A stretch of DNA of 64,000 nt from an uncultured Phycisphaerales bacterium (GTDB lineage Bacteria > Planctomycetota > Phycisphaerae > Tepidisphaerales > Tepidisphaeraceae), in the NCBI GenBank assembly GCA_963758525.1, contig CAVWVQ010000003.1, positions 3,680,001 to 3,744,000 of the forward strand, given 5' to 3'. Positions 18,950 through 28,672 of the stretch are shown in pieces. How positions within the stretch are numbered: position 1 is the stretch's first letter; every line of letters starts with the position of its first letter. The notes under the pieces were generated by a model. The model did not search any database. It saw nothing but the letters and a program-made list of their open reading frames with translations, and was not told the DNA's origin. The translations under genes and the position numbers were made by a program.

Positions 18950-20389
18950 TCACGCTGGCGATTGTCGATTCCTTGCGAGTTTGCCGCTGACTGTTTTGGG
19001 AAGGGCGGAAACGATCTCGAACTCAGCCGGCACTTTGTAGGAAGAGAGCCGCTCGAGGCAACGTGCGCGAAGTGACTCGACGGTGGCAGCATCGCCCGCA
19101 TCGGCTCGAACCACGACTTGGGCCGCCACCGTCTGCCCAAACTGCGCGTGTTCGCGTCCCCAAACGAGCGATTCGGTGACGCCGGGCAGCGCATTGATCG
19201 TCTCTTCGACCTCCTCGGGGAAGACTTTCATCCCAGCGCACACGATCACGGTCTTGCCGCGGCCCAGCAGCGTCAAACGTTCTTCCGCGTCCAGCCGTCC
19301 GAGGTCGCCGGTATGAAACCAGCCGTCGTCGAGACATTCCTCCCGCAGTCTCCAGGGAGAAACGTAGGCATCGAACATTCCCTTTCCCTTGAGCAGCACC
19401 TCACCGATGCCATCGCGATCGGGGCTGGCAATGCGAAGCTGATAGTCGGGCAGGATTCGGCCGACGGAGTTTTCTTCCGCGTCATGCGGATCGGTGTTGA
19501 TGAACGGCAGGCCGACTTCGATGATCCCATATGCTTCGGCGGGAATGACGCCAAACTTGTCCGCGAATCGTTTCGAAATGTCGCGGGGCATCTTCATCGC
19601 AGTGCTGATCGCGAGCCGTACCTTCGAGAGAGATGCAGGTGCTACCAGGTCCGAAGCGCCCAGCAGGTAATAGTGGACGGGCGACGCGTAGATCAGCGTG
19701 ATCGGGAAACGCCCGGCCGCATCGAGAACCGAAAACGGAAAATTGCGATTTGCGACGATGATCGTCGCGCCTTTTCGCAGGAACAGCAGAATCGACACGA
19801 CGAAATGATGGCTCATTCCCAGCACCCAGAGAATCACGTCCCGATCCGTCACACGCAGTCCCTGATTGGCCGCATCCGTGCGCTCGATGATCGAGCGATG
19901 GCAAAGCACAACGCCCTTGCTCTCGCCGGTGGTGCCGGAAGAGAATCGAATGAACGCAGGTTGCAGCTCGCGGCATCGCTGATCCAAAGCCGAACCGGCG
20001 CGGCGCGGTTGCCAGATGAACATGTCGTCGAGCGTCTCGAACGCCGGTTCATCTGCCGGACGCGGCAGGTCACGATGGGACAGTATTCCGTGCACATCGA
20101 TGCGGTCGACCGTTTCCTCAATCTCGTCTCGCGTCAACGTATCCGCAATCGGAACGACGGCGGCGCCGCTTTGCAGGATCGCCAATGCTGCGACGACATA
20201 ATCAATGCCGTCGCTGCACCGCAGTGCGATGCGACGACCGATGCCGATGTCGCGGCCTGCGAGCGTCCGGCTCAGGTTCGTGATGTGCGCCAGCAGTTGT
20301 TCGTAGGTAATCGACTGCTCGCCCTCGACGATGGCCGCGCGCTCGCCCAACGATCGAGTCTCCTCCCGGATGGTGTCGACGATGTTCAT
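18950..20389 (-). CDS. AMP-dependent acyl-CoA/ACP ligase
   Basis: FSSGTTGESKG, AYGIIE, WFHTGDLG, LPKTVSGK. Confidence 0.9.
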   Translation of the reverse strand: MNIVDTIREETRSLGERAAIVEGEQSITYEQLLAHITNLSRTLAGRDIGIGRRIALRCSDGIDYVVAALAILQSGAAVVPIADTLTRDEIEETVDRIDVHGILSHRDLPRPADEPAFETLDDMFIWQPRRAGSALDQRCRELQPAFIRFSSGTTGESKGVVLCHRSIIERTDAANQGLRVTDRDVILWVLGMSHHFVVSILLFLRKGATIIVANRNFPFSVLDAAGRFPITLIYASPVHYYLLGASDLVAPASLSKVRLAISTAMKMPRDISKRFADKFGVIPAEAYGIIEVGLPFINTDPHDAEENSVGRILPDYQLRIASPDRDGIGEVLLKGKGMFDAYVSPWRLREECLDDGWFHTGDLGRLDAEERLTLLGRGKTVIVCAGMKVFPEEVEETINALPGVTESLVWGREHAQFGQTVAAQVVVRADAGDAATVESLRARCLERLSSYKVPAEFEIVSALPKTVSGKLARNRQSPA

Positions 20390-21574
20390 GCAGTCTTCGC
20401 TCGCGATGCTGCCAGTGTGTAGACGAGGATGGTCAGAGTCGGAGCGATGGTGAAGGCCACGATGTGCGATCCCACAAACCACCGCAAGTGCGGCCCAGCC
20501 GACGGTGGCAGAACGCGGTCCGCGACGCGCAGCGAGAATCGCGGCACTGCGGGAAACATCGTCATCGCGACAACGAGCAGCGCGATCGCCTTGTTCAGAT
20601 GCAGTCGGCCGGCAATATAAACTACGGCGATTGGTCCCCATGGCCAGAAAACGATTCCCAGCAATGCCGACAATCCAGCGGCGGCGGCGACGCCCATCGG
20701 GGAGCAGAGTCCGCGCAGCCAGGTGACGGCTGTGTCCACGTGTTCGGGGGCAATATTGTGGTGCGGGCTTCCAGCCTGCAGCTTCTTTCCCCTCCCCTGG
20801 TACTCCGGGGGGCGAAGAAGGCGTCCGGCCGCGGTACTTTTCAGCAGGGGATGCGGAATCGGCAACAGCTCGCGGGCCACGAGCTTCGCATGCACCAGCG
20901 AAATGCGGGCGTTATCGCGAATGGGATGGAAGCTCGAGACACGTTCTGCCGCGTCGGGATACCAGACGCGGATGGGCAGACTTTTGACGTTCAACCCGGC
21001 CCACAAAGCGCGGGTGATGATTTCCATCTCAAAGTTGTAATGCCGCGACTGGATCGCCAGTCCGCTGATGTGCCGCACCGGATAAGCGCGAAAGCCACTT
21101 TGGGTGTCGCGGACGACTACACCGGTTTCGACGCCGATCCAGAAATCCGAGAAATCGCGCCGAAAAGGCTCGATCGCGGCATCGGGCCGCTGATCTGTTC
21201 CCGCCGTCCAATTAGAATCGTGTCGGGGGAAAGTTCTGGCAGGAAGCGCGGAATATCCTCGGGAAAGTGCTGCCCGTCTCCGTCGAGCGTGATCAAATAC
21301 CTGGCTTGCCCCTTCGCGGCAGCCTCAAAGGCCGTAGCGAGCGCCGCGCCTTTTCCGAGGTTCACCGGATGACGAATCACGGTGACCTCAACATCTTTCA
21401 ACAGTGTCCGCAGATCCGCGTCGGTGCTGCCATCATCGATAACGAGCACATTGAAAAGTTGCGCCGCGCTCGTTTGACGACATCGACGATCGTCGCGGCA
21501 TTGTTGTAAACCGGGATAGCGCACCACGTCTGCGTCTCCGGAGCCGCGGACGTGATCGAAAGCTTTGGCATCAT
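20386..21574 (-). CDS. Glycosyltransferase family 2 with C-terminal membrane domain (two frameshifts, ~21465 and ~21160)
   Basis: IPVYNNAATI / VIDDGSTD..NLGKGAAL..TLDGDGQH / DTQSGFRAYP..FEMEII spread over three frames. Confidence 0.8.
20756..20812. repeat. Two fused REP half-elements (families B and D) inside GT2 ORF
   Basis: TTGTGGTGCGGGCTTCCAGCCTGCA matches the 12993 arm; TTCCCCTCCCCTGGTACTCCGGGGGG matches the 27700/28511 family. Confidence 0.7.
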
Positions 21575-21668
21575 ATCGAGCGGCTGCGCGTCGCGCAGCG
21601 ACAACTTCGCAATGCCATGGCAGGGGGCCATCGGAGGCGCAGCGTGTTGAGCGTCAACTTGGGCACTT

Positions 21669-22291
21669 TCACGCTCGCGCCCTCGACGCTAAACGTCGGG
21701 CCAGGCTCGTCGGATCGGCCTCGGCCGGGAGAACCATGCCGCTTTCCTTGCCGCGGTCGATCGCCACGCAAACGGCGGATGTCGAGTCGCTCCAGAGCGC
21801 GAGCATCGCCTCGGCTTCACCATCGGCGACAAATTCTGTCGCTTCGCGCACGAGCGTGCCCAGGGGGTCGCGATCGGCGTGAATGTGCAGGCCAGGACCG
21901 GTCAGCGCCAACGCGATCGCCACTTCCCCCAGGGTGCTGGACGGCAGCGTGTAGATGAACAAATTTCCCCGCCCCATCGATCGGCCGCTGCGAACGTAAT
22001 CTCGAAAATAGTTCTCGTCGGCGGTCAGACATCCCTCGTAACCCGCGCCGACCAGTCCAATCTCCGGCGGCGGGTCCTTCGACCAGTCGCATGCGTTGAG
22101 CATCAGCGCCGCGGCGCAGAGGCACGCGCGACACTCGCTGGTCATGCGCGACAAATATCGGATCGGCCGGCCGATGAGCACGGTCAGCTCGTCGTTGAAG
22201 AGCGGCGCCGTGCGCGGAAGAGATGATGGCGATCGTCAGCAGCGACGACGCCGCAATTGTCGGCCGAGCACCAGGAGCAGCCGCGGATCAA
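21669..22291 (-). CDS. Short KS N-terminal / chain-length-factor-like protein (frameshift ~22215)
   Basis: YLSRMT, DENYFRDYVRSGRSMGRGNLFIYTLPSS..GEVAI; TTG overlaps KS stop. Confidence 0.7.
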
Positions 22292-23411
22292 GCAATCCCT
22301 CGACCCAGAACGACGGCGGTGTTCACGCCGCCAAAGCCGGAGTTGGTCGACAACGCCCGCGTGGGCGCGGCGATGCGAATGGAGTCGGAATTTGCCCATC
22401 CAATGGCAGAAGCATCGGGGTTTTCCAGCCCGATCGTCGGCGGGACGATCCCTTGCGACAGCGCGCGTCCGGCCACCAATATCTGCACCAGCCCCGCAGC
22501 AGCGAGCGTATGGCCGACGGCGCCTTTGACGGAGAAAATCGGCTTGGGAGATTCCAGCGCACGGCGAAAAGCCACAAGCTCCATCGCATCGCTGTACAGG
22601 GTCGCGGTGCCGTGCGCGGCGATAAATGCGAGCTCGCCGGGACCGCAGTCGGCCATCGCGCACGTGCGCAGGATCGCGCGGGAGAGCCCGGCCGCGTCGC
22701 GGTGGGGTGCCGTCATGTGCATGGCATCTGTCGTATTTCCCCAGCCGAGGATGGAAACCGCCGACGAGCCGGCGGCGGATGGATCGGACGTCACCAGCGC
22801 CCAGGCGGCGGCCTCACCCAGCGTCAGGCCGCAGCGTTGCGCGTCAAACGGCCGCGCGGGCGCCTCGCACAGGGAGAGCAGCGCCGAGAATCCGGAGTAG
22901 ACAAATTCAGAGATGCTGTCGCAGGTCACCACCAGCACGCTTTGGGCCCGCCCATGGCGGATCATGGCTGCCGCCCGCGTCAGCGCCGCGGCGGACGAGG
23001 CGCATGCCGAGGAGACCACCATCGCGTCTCCCTCCAGAGCCAGCATCTCCTTGACCGCGCGAAGCAATTGCTGGGGGCCCGCCCGCTGCGCCAGGGGCGG
23101 GTCGGCGTTCAGAACGGCTTCCTCGACGTACTCAATTTCGCCGACCGTCGTCGCCAGGATGAGAGGAGTGAGCGGATCGATCGTTCCCCGAAGCCGGCCG
23201 AGCAGGGGCGCAGCAGCGCCATTACGCGCGATTCGCCGGATTCGACGTCCAGGTCGGGCACCACCGCCATCTGATTGCTTACAAAGCCCCGCGGGGCGAA
23301 CCGCTGGGAGCCGCGAATCGGACATTTCCGGCTCAGCAGCCCGTCCCACAGCGCGTCGAGGCCCCATCCGTATGCGGTGACGACGTCGGATCTGGCGATC
23401 ATGGCGTTCAC
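22288..23411 (-). CDS. Beta-ketoacyl-ACP synthase (frameshift ~23205)
   Basis: VVTAYGWGLDALW N-terminus, then SSACASS, AHGTAT, GHTL, SGFGGVN. Confidence 0.85.
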
Positions 23412-23899
23412 CGGCCACCTCCCAGTTCTCCAGCGAGCCAGCGCCGGCGGCATGCTTCCTGCATCGCGGGCGGAGCGAGCAGCGGGACGCCCTTTTCATC
23501 GACGAACATCTGCACAGTGTAACCGGCCGCGGCAAGTTTGCCGGCCTGGTTGTGAATCTCATACTCGATGTCCATCCGCGCGCCTTCGTTCCAGATCATC
23601 CTTCCCGTGATTTGCGCTTCCTCTCCCAGCGGCACGGGCGCGAAATAGTCGACGTGAAGCTGCACCACCGGAGCCCGCAACCGATCGCGATGGAAGTCGG
23701 CGTAGGTCATGCCGCACAATCTGCCCAGCGCTTCGTTGGCCTTTTCAAAGAGATTGGCAAATCGCCCGTGCCAGAGGACGCCCATCGGATCGACATCGCT
23801 GAAACTGACGCGCTGCGTCAGTCGCACGACCAGCGGCGCCGGCGCATTTGGATCGGCCGGGAAATATCCGCCCTTCTGGCGGCGCGGGGCGTGGATCAT
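23408..23899 (-). CDS. Acyl-CoA thioesterase (4HBT/hot-dog fold)
   Basis: RVSFSDVDPMGVLWHGRF. Confidence 0.85.
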   Translation of the reverse strand: MIHAPRRQKGGYFPADPNAPAPLVVRLTQRVSFSDVDPMGVLWHGRFANLFEKANEALGRLCGMTYADFHRDRLRAPVVQLHVDYFAPVPLGEEAQITGRMIWNEGARMDIEYEIHNQAGKLAAAGYTVQMFVDEKGVPLLAPPAMQEACRRRWLAGELGGGR

Positions 23900-24285
23900 G
23901 CCGCGGCTCCCGCCGGCGCGGATCGGGCGATCAACGCAAACTCGGCGCGTTTCTGATCGGCGACGAAGAGGCGCGCCTTGATGGCGAGTTCGCCGTCGCT
24001 GTTGCAGCTCATGTCGGCATCGATGAGCACTTCCTCCCCCGGACGCACAGGCTGAAGCAGCTTGGAATTCTTCAGCCGGCACAACTGCAGATCGCCGATG
24101 CCATGCGCGGCCGCCCCGGCCAGCAGCACCGCCTGCAGCATGCAGATTCCGGGGAAAATGGGTTGAGCCGGAAAATGATCGGCCAGCAGCACGAAATTCG
24201 GATCGAGCATCAGCCGGGCGCGAAAACCGCCTTCGCGCGGTTCGGTGGTCAGCATCGATCGCAACTGCTCGCGTACCGCGTTCAT
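23896..24285 (-). CDS. FabZ/ApeI-like 3-hydroxyacyl-ACP dehydratase
   Basis: HFPAQPIFPGICML, KLLQPVRPGE. Confidence 0.85.
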   Translation of the reverse strand: MNAVREQLRSMLTTEPREGGFRARLMLDPNFVLLADHFPAQPIFPGICMLQAVLLAGAAAHGIGDLQLCRLKNSKLLQPVRPGEEVLIDADMSCNSDGELAIKARLFVADQKRAEFALIARSAPAGAAA

Positions 24286-24288
24286 GCG

Positions 24289-25122
24289 TTATTGCTTTTG
24301 CCAATCACGGTTCTTCACGACGATTCGGTAGAAGTACCGGCTATTGTCCATCACGATCCCACGCGGGTAAAGCCCGCCGCCGGCGGCGACGTAATCGAAG
24401 TATTGCACGCGCCAGATGGTGCCGAAGAACCCGGCCTGCCGTTTTTCCAGCAGGACCGGCGGATTTGCGCCCAGCTCGAAGATCAGCGTTCCCTGCTGGT
24501 CGCGCTGGTTATAACGCACAAAAGTGCGGCGCGGTTCCGCCACGGCGGAGGCGGGGGGGGCCAGATCGAAATACATTCGCCGAACGTCGTTTGCGACCGA
24601 GAGCAGCAGATCCTGATGCTGATCGAGCGGCGGAATCGCAAAGCGCACCACGCTGTTCCGCCGATCGCCGCCCACTGCAAAGAGCTGGACCCCCAGTTGA
24701 TTGAGACCAACAAGGTCGAACGTTCCCGCGATTCGATCGACGCGGACGACGCCGAGCACGGCCAGATCGTGAAACGGCGCGTGGATGATCACGGTGTCGT
24801 CAGAAATGAACTGCGGCGGGATCGAACGGGCGACGCTTTCGCGCATCGCCTGGGGATCGGGGTTGACGAGCACGGGCAGAGTGCCGCGCGAGAACGGTTC
24901 GTGCGCGCAGCCAGTGAGTATCGAGAACAATACCAGCGTCAGCGCGATTCCCCCTCCGACGGCCGGCCCGCACCCTGGCCCTCCCCCGGAATACCAGGGC
25001 AGGGAAAGGAGGGAGTCGTATCTTGCGATGCGCCGCTGGCTCTTCGCCGCCGGCGGCATGGAGCACCGGAGGAGGGGAAAACCAGATTCGCAGCCGATCC
25101 GCTCGCTCGCAGCTCTACTCAC
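24289..25122 (-). CDS. Lipoprotein, DUF3261-like (start uncertain)
   Basis: Lipobox ILTGC, LVGLNQLGVQLF, DVRRMY; position typical of APE-like clusters. Confidence 0.55.
   Translation of the reverse strand: MSRAASERIGCESGFPLLRCSMPPAAKSQRRIARYDSLLSLPWYSGGGPGCGPAVGGGIALTLVLFSILTGCAHEPFSRGTLPVLVNPDPQAMRESVARSIPPQFISDDTVIIHAPFHDLAVLGVVRVDRIAGTFDLVGLNQLGVQLFAVGGDRRNSVVRFAIPPLDQHQDLLLSVANDVRRMYFDLAPPASAVAEPRRTFVRYNQRDQQGTLIFELGANPPVLLEKRQAGFFGTIWRVQYFDYVAAGGGLYPRGIVMDNSRYFYRIVVKNRDWQKQ
24951..25082. repeat. Degenerate family-D REP remnants in or near the 5' end of the lipoprotein gene
   Basis: CCCTGGCCCTCCCCCGGAATACCAGGGCAGGGAA and GGAGCACCGGAGGAGGGGAA. Confidence 0.6.
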
Positions 25123-27490
25123 GCTCTCCTCCAAAGCCGCCACTTTTCCAGCAGGTAGCACGCGCCGGGAATGCCGATGAACGCGGTGAGATAGCCGGTG
25201 AGCACGCCGGAGGTCATGCTGACGCCGACGAGGTGCAACGCCGGATGATGCGCGAAGATGAGCGACGCGGTGCCGGCGAGCGTGGTGAGCGACGACAGAT
25301 GCATCGACGCCATTCCCTGACCTAGCATGCGCTCGTTTCCATCCCACGCATACGCCGCGAACACGCCGTAGTCGCTGGCGAGTGCCATGATCAGAATCGC
25401 GACCACGACGCTGACGACGCTGATGGACAATGAGAGCGTCGTGAGCGTCGCCAGCATGAAAATGACGCCGCAGATGGCCGGCAGCATGATGATCGTCGAC
25501 TTCAGCACGCTTCGCGTGAGCAGCAGCAGCGACACGACGATGAACGCGGCGCTGACGCTGACGAGCAGGCGATTCTCCGCCACCGCCGACTCGGCAAACG
25601 CCTGGCTGAGCGCGCGCCGGGAGACCACTTGCGCTTCGGGATGGCCGGCGATCAATCCGCGGACGGATGCGACGTTTTGCTCAGTGTCCTCAAAGTAGCT
25701 GAGAACCTGATGATCGCCGTTGGCGGTGGCGAGGAATTGCTGCTCGATCGTCGCGAGAATCGGATTGGAGGAGTCATCCGGCGGCGGCTGGGTCAGGCTG
25801 TCGAAGAACGGATCAAACGCATTGGGAGCAAAGCCGAACGGGGCGGCTGCGGCGGCGACGTCGCGTCGAACGTCGGCAATCCGCCGGGGCGTCCAGAACG
25901 CGCGCCAGCGCGTCTGGTTCTCCTGCCGGGTTTGCGACGAAGGCCAGAAGCTCGCCAGCGACGTGAACGAACCCTGCGGGACATGTCCCGCTATGACCTT
26001 GTACAGGCGATCGTTGGCCTCCTCGGCGTCTTCGAGCGATTTGCCGGAGACCGCCAGCAGCGCCATCTCCGCGTCGGTGCGTCCCCATGTCTTCTGAAAA
26101 TTCGCCTCGTTTTCCTTCACGGCAGCGCTGACGCCGTCGAGGGTGCTGATGTCGGAGTTGAAACTGATCTTTCGCCCGACGACGCACGCCACCAGCAGCG
26201 CGGCTGCGCCGAGGATTGTCAGCGGCACCATTCTCCGGCCCCACTGCCGCAGGGGCGGCCCCTGGCCCAGCGCCATGATCTTGCCGCCGGGCTTGACGAT
26301 TACGGGAAGAACAAACAGCGCGCCCAGCAGCGAAAGCACCAGGGAGACGCTGGTGAGATAGCCGAGCTGGCGGTAGGCGGGAATGTGCGAGAAGAGCAGG
26401 GCGATGAAGACGCCCAGCGTGGTGAGATGGCAGATGATCAGCGGGCGCTGGATGCGGCGGACGTCGGCCTGAGGATCGTTGCCGAGCCAGACCGCGGTGT
26501 ACACGAAAATGCCGTAATCGACGGCGCTGCCCGCCATCGTCGCGGCCAGGCCGATGACGATGGTGGAGAGATGCGGGAAGACCAGCGCGCACATGCCGAT
26601 GGTCGCCGCGATGGTGATGACCGGAAGCAGAAAGACCGCCGCCACCCGCCAGTCGCGGCAGATGACCAGAAAAAGCAGCACGAACGCGATGCTGTTGATG
26701 AGGGCGGCGCGGTTGATGTCGCTCTGCATCAGTTGATTGTTCTGCTCTGTGTGAATCTGCGCAGATCGGCGTGATCTGAATGCCGGGCGGCGCCGCGGCG
26801 CAGATGGCATTGAGATGTTTCACCAGTGCCGAGGAACCCGCCAGGCTCGTCGCGGTGGTGGAAGTTTCCATCGGCAGCATCAATTGCCGGCCGTCGGGGT
26901 GAAGCAGATGGCCGTCCTTGACCTCAACGCGAAAGTTAATGCCGTTGGTGAGATCGAGCAGGCGCTTGAGAATGCGCGATTCCACGCCCAGCGGATCGCG
27001 GCGGATCACCGGCTGAAAAAACGAACCCTCCGGCTTGAGAAGCTGCAGATAGCATTCGCGCATTCGCTTGCGCAGCGCATCGGGCGCGGTCGCTTTTTCC
27101 ACCTCGGCCAGGTCGCTGGCATTGAGCAATTCGCCGGCATGGTCCATCAGGGCGATTGCCTGGGCGAGCGCATTCGCCTCGCCGGGCGGATGCAGCACGC
27201 GGCTGATCAACGTCGGATCGAGCTTCTTCTCCGTTTCGTCAGCCGCCGCGATCAGATCCTGCGTCGATCCGCCGTCGGTCAGCCGAAACCAGAGAACCGC
27301 CTTGGCGGCGAAGCTGGAATCGCGCAGAAACAAAATGGTGCGCCGCGCCTCGCTGTTCTCCGGCAGCAGCGGCTCCAGTGAACTGTCGATGTGCAGCCGA
27401 AACCAGCCGCAGACGGACAGCAAACCGATCACCAGCGCGCACAGCGAAATCCAGCGCGTCAGCGGCCGGCTTGCGCGGTGCGTCGCTCAT
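25119..27490 (-). CDS. MMPL/RND-family lipid exporter (frameshifts ~27470 and ~26762)
   Basis: IDSSLEPLLP, DPLG, AGSAVDYGIF, ALASDYGVF, many TM segments. Confidence 0.85.
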
Positions 27491-27526
27491 GGGATCGATC
27501 TGGGCCGATGACGATTCAGCCGATGC

Positions 27527-27572
27527 TTTCCCCCTCCCCTTGCACTCCGGGGGAGGGCTGGGGTGGGGGCGG
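27527..27572. repeat. Family-D REP (left arm of a 27527-27740 doublet)
   Basis: TTCCCCCTCCCCTTGCACTCCGGGGGAGGGCTGGGGTGGGGGC, inverted partner CCCCGCCCTGGCCTTCCCCCGGAGTACCAGGGGAGGAG at ~27700-27738. Confidence 0.75.
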
Positions 27573-27808
27573 GCTGTATTTTCAAATGGCAAACATTGCT
27601 CCGATCACCAACGCTGAGTCCATGAAACTGCATGATCCCAAGTCGCGCCTAACCTTCGACTGATTTCATCGAGCGTGAACAACCTTCCGGCCGGCGCTGC
27701 CCCCGCCCTGGCCTTCCCCCGGAGTACCAGGGGAGGAGAAAACAGTTCCTCCCACCCTGACCGTTCCTCCCGGAGTTGCAGCAAGGAGAAAGCGACTCTC
27801 CTAACATG

Positions 27809-28672
27809 TCACTGAGCCGGCGGAATCGCCCATGTCTCTTTCGGAATCGGCTGATTGATTTTGGTGTCCTTGAATTGCAGCGTGGTCACGTCGCCGCTCG
27901 CTTCCGTCACGACCATTTTATCAATGTATTGCTCGCTCTTGCCGAACGTGAGATCGATCTGCTTGATTACCTTCGCAACCATCGACTGGCCCTTGGGAAC
28001 GAAGAGGAGCCGCAGAGGATGCTCGCCTTCGAGTTCGGCGTCGTACCCGTCACCGAGTGTCTTCAGGTCGCCCATGAACCACGCCTGCAACTGCTGATTG
28101 ACCGCGGCGAACGTGGGATCGCCGCCGAGGTGAATCACCTGCACCTGATTCGTGTCTTCGTCCCATTGGCGGATTTCCTCGCCCTCAATGCGGATGGCGT
28201 ATTTCACCGGATCGCGGACGATCCAGACCAGCTTGTCGGGCTTCTGCAGCGCAAATCGGCCGGAGATCGTCACCTTGTGATTCAGCACGGAGAGCTGCTT
28301 TTCCTGCGTAAAGTCCGCCTGCACGGTGTCGACCGTTTTGAGCTGTTGCTGAAGATGTTCGAGCACCTCCAGCGAGACGCGCGTGGTCGGGCCGGGATCG
28401 GCGGCGGGTTGGGTCGCGGGAATCTCCGCGTGGAGAGCGCTGACCGACGCAAAAACAAAAAAGGAAGTCACGAAAAGGCAGGTTGGATGTTTCCATCGCG
28501 ATAACGTTCTTCCCCCTCTCCCGGTACTCCGGGAGAGGGTCGGGGTGAGGGTGCCTTGGAATGGCGAAAGGCTCGCGACACTCCGAATCACCCTCACCCT
28601 CTCCCGGAGTACCGGGAGAGGGGACCAGAAAGTCGTTCGACCGAGGTCAGCGATTAATGCAGTCAAGTTCAT
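27809..28672 (-). CDS. LolA-like outer-membrane lipoprotein carrier
   Basis: TVQADFTQEKQLSVL...SGRFALQKPDKLVW; ATG 28672 overlaps upstream stop. Confidence 0.85.
   Translation of the reverse strand: MNLTALIADLGRTTFWSPLPVLRERVRVIRSVASLSPFQGTLTPTLSRSTGRGGRTLSRWKHPTCLFVTSFFVFASVSALHAEIPATQPAADPGPTTRVSLEVLEHLQQQLKTVDTVQADFTQEKQLSVLNHKVTISGRFALQKPDKLVWIVRDPVKYAIRIEGEEIRQWDEDTNQVQVIHLGGDPTFAAVNQQLQAWFMGDLKTLGDGYDAELEGEHPLRLLFVPKGQSMVAKVIKQIDLTFGKSEQYIDKMVVTEASGDVTTLQFKDTKINQPIPKETWAIPPAQ
28511..28624. repeat. Family-D REP doublet read in frame in the LolA-like N-terminus
   Basis: TCCCCCTCTCCCGGTACTCCGGGAGAGGG..GGTGAGGGT / ACCCTCACCCTCTCCCGGAGTACCGGGAGAGGGGA; encodes SPLPVLRERVRV..TLTPTLSRSTGRG. 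Confidence 0.85.
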
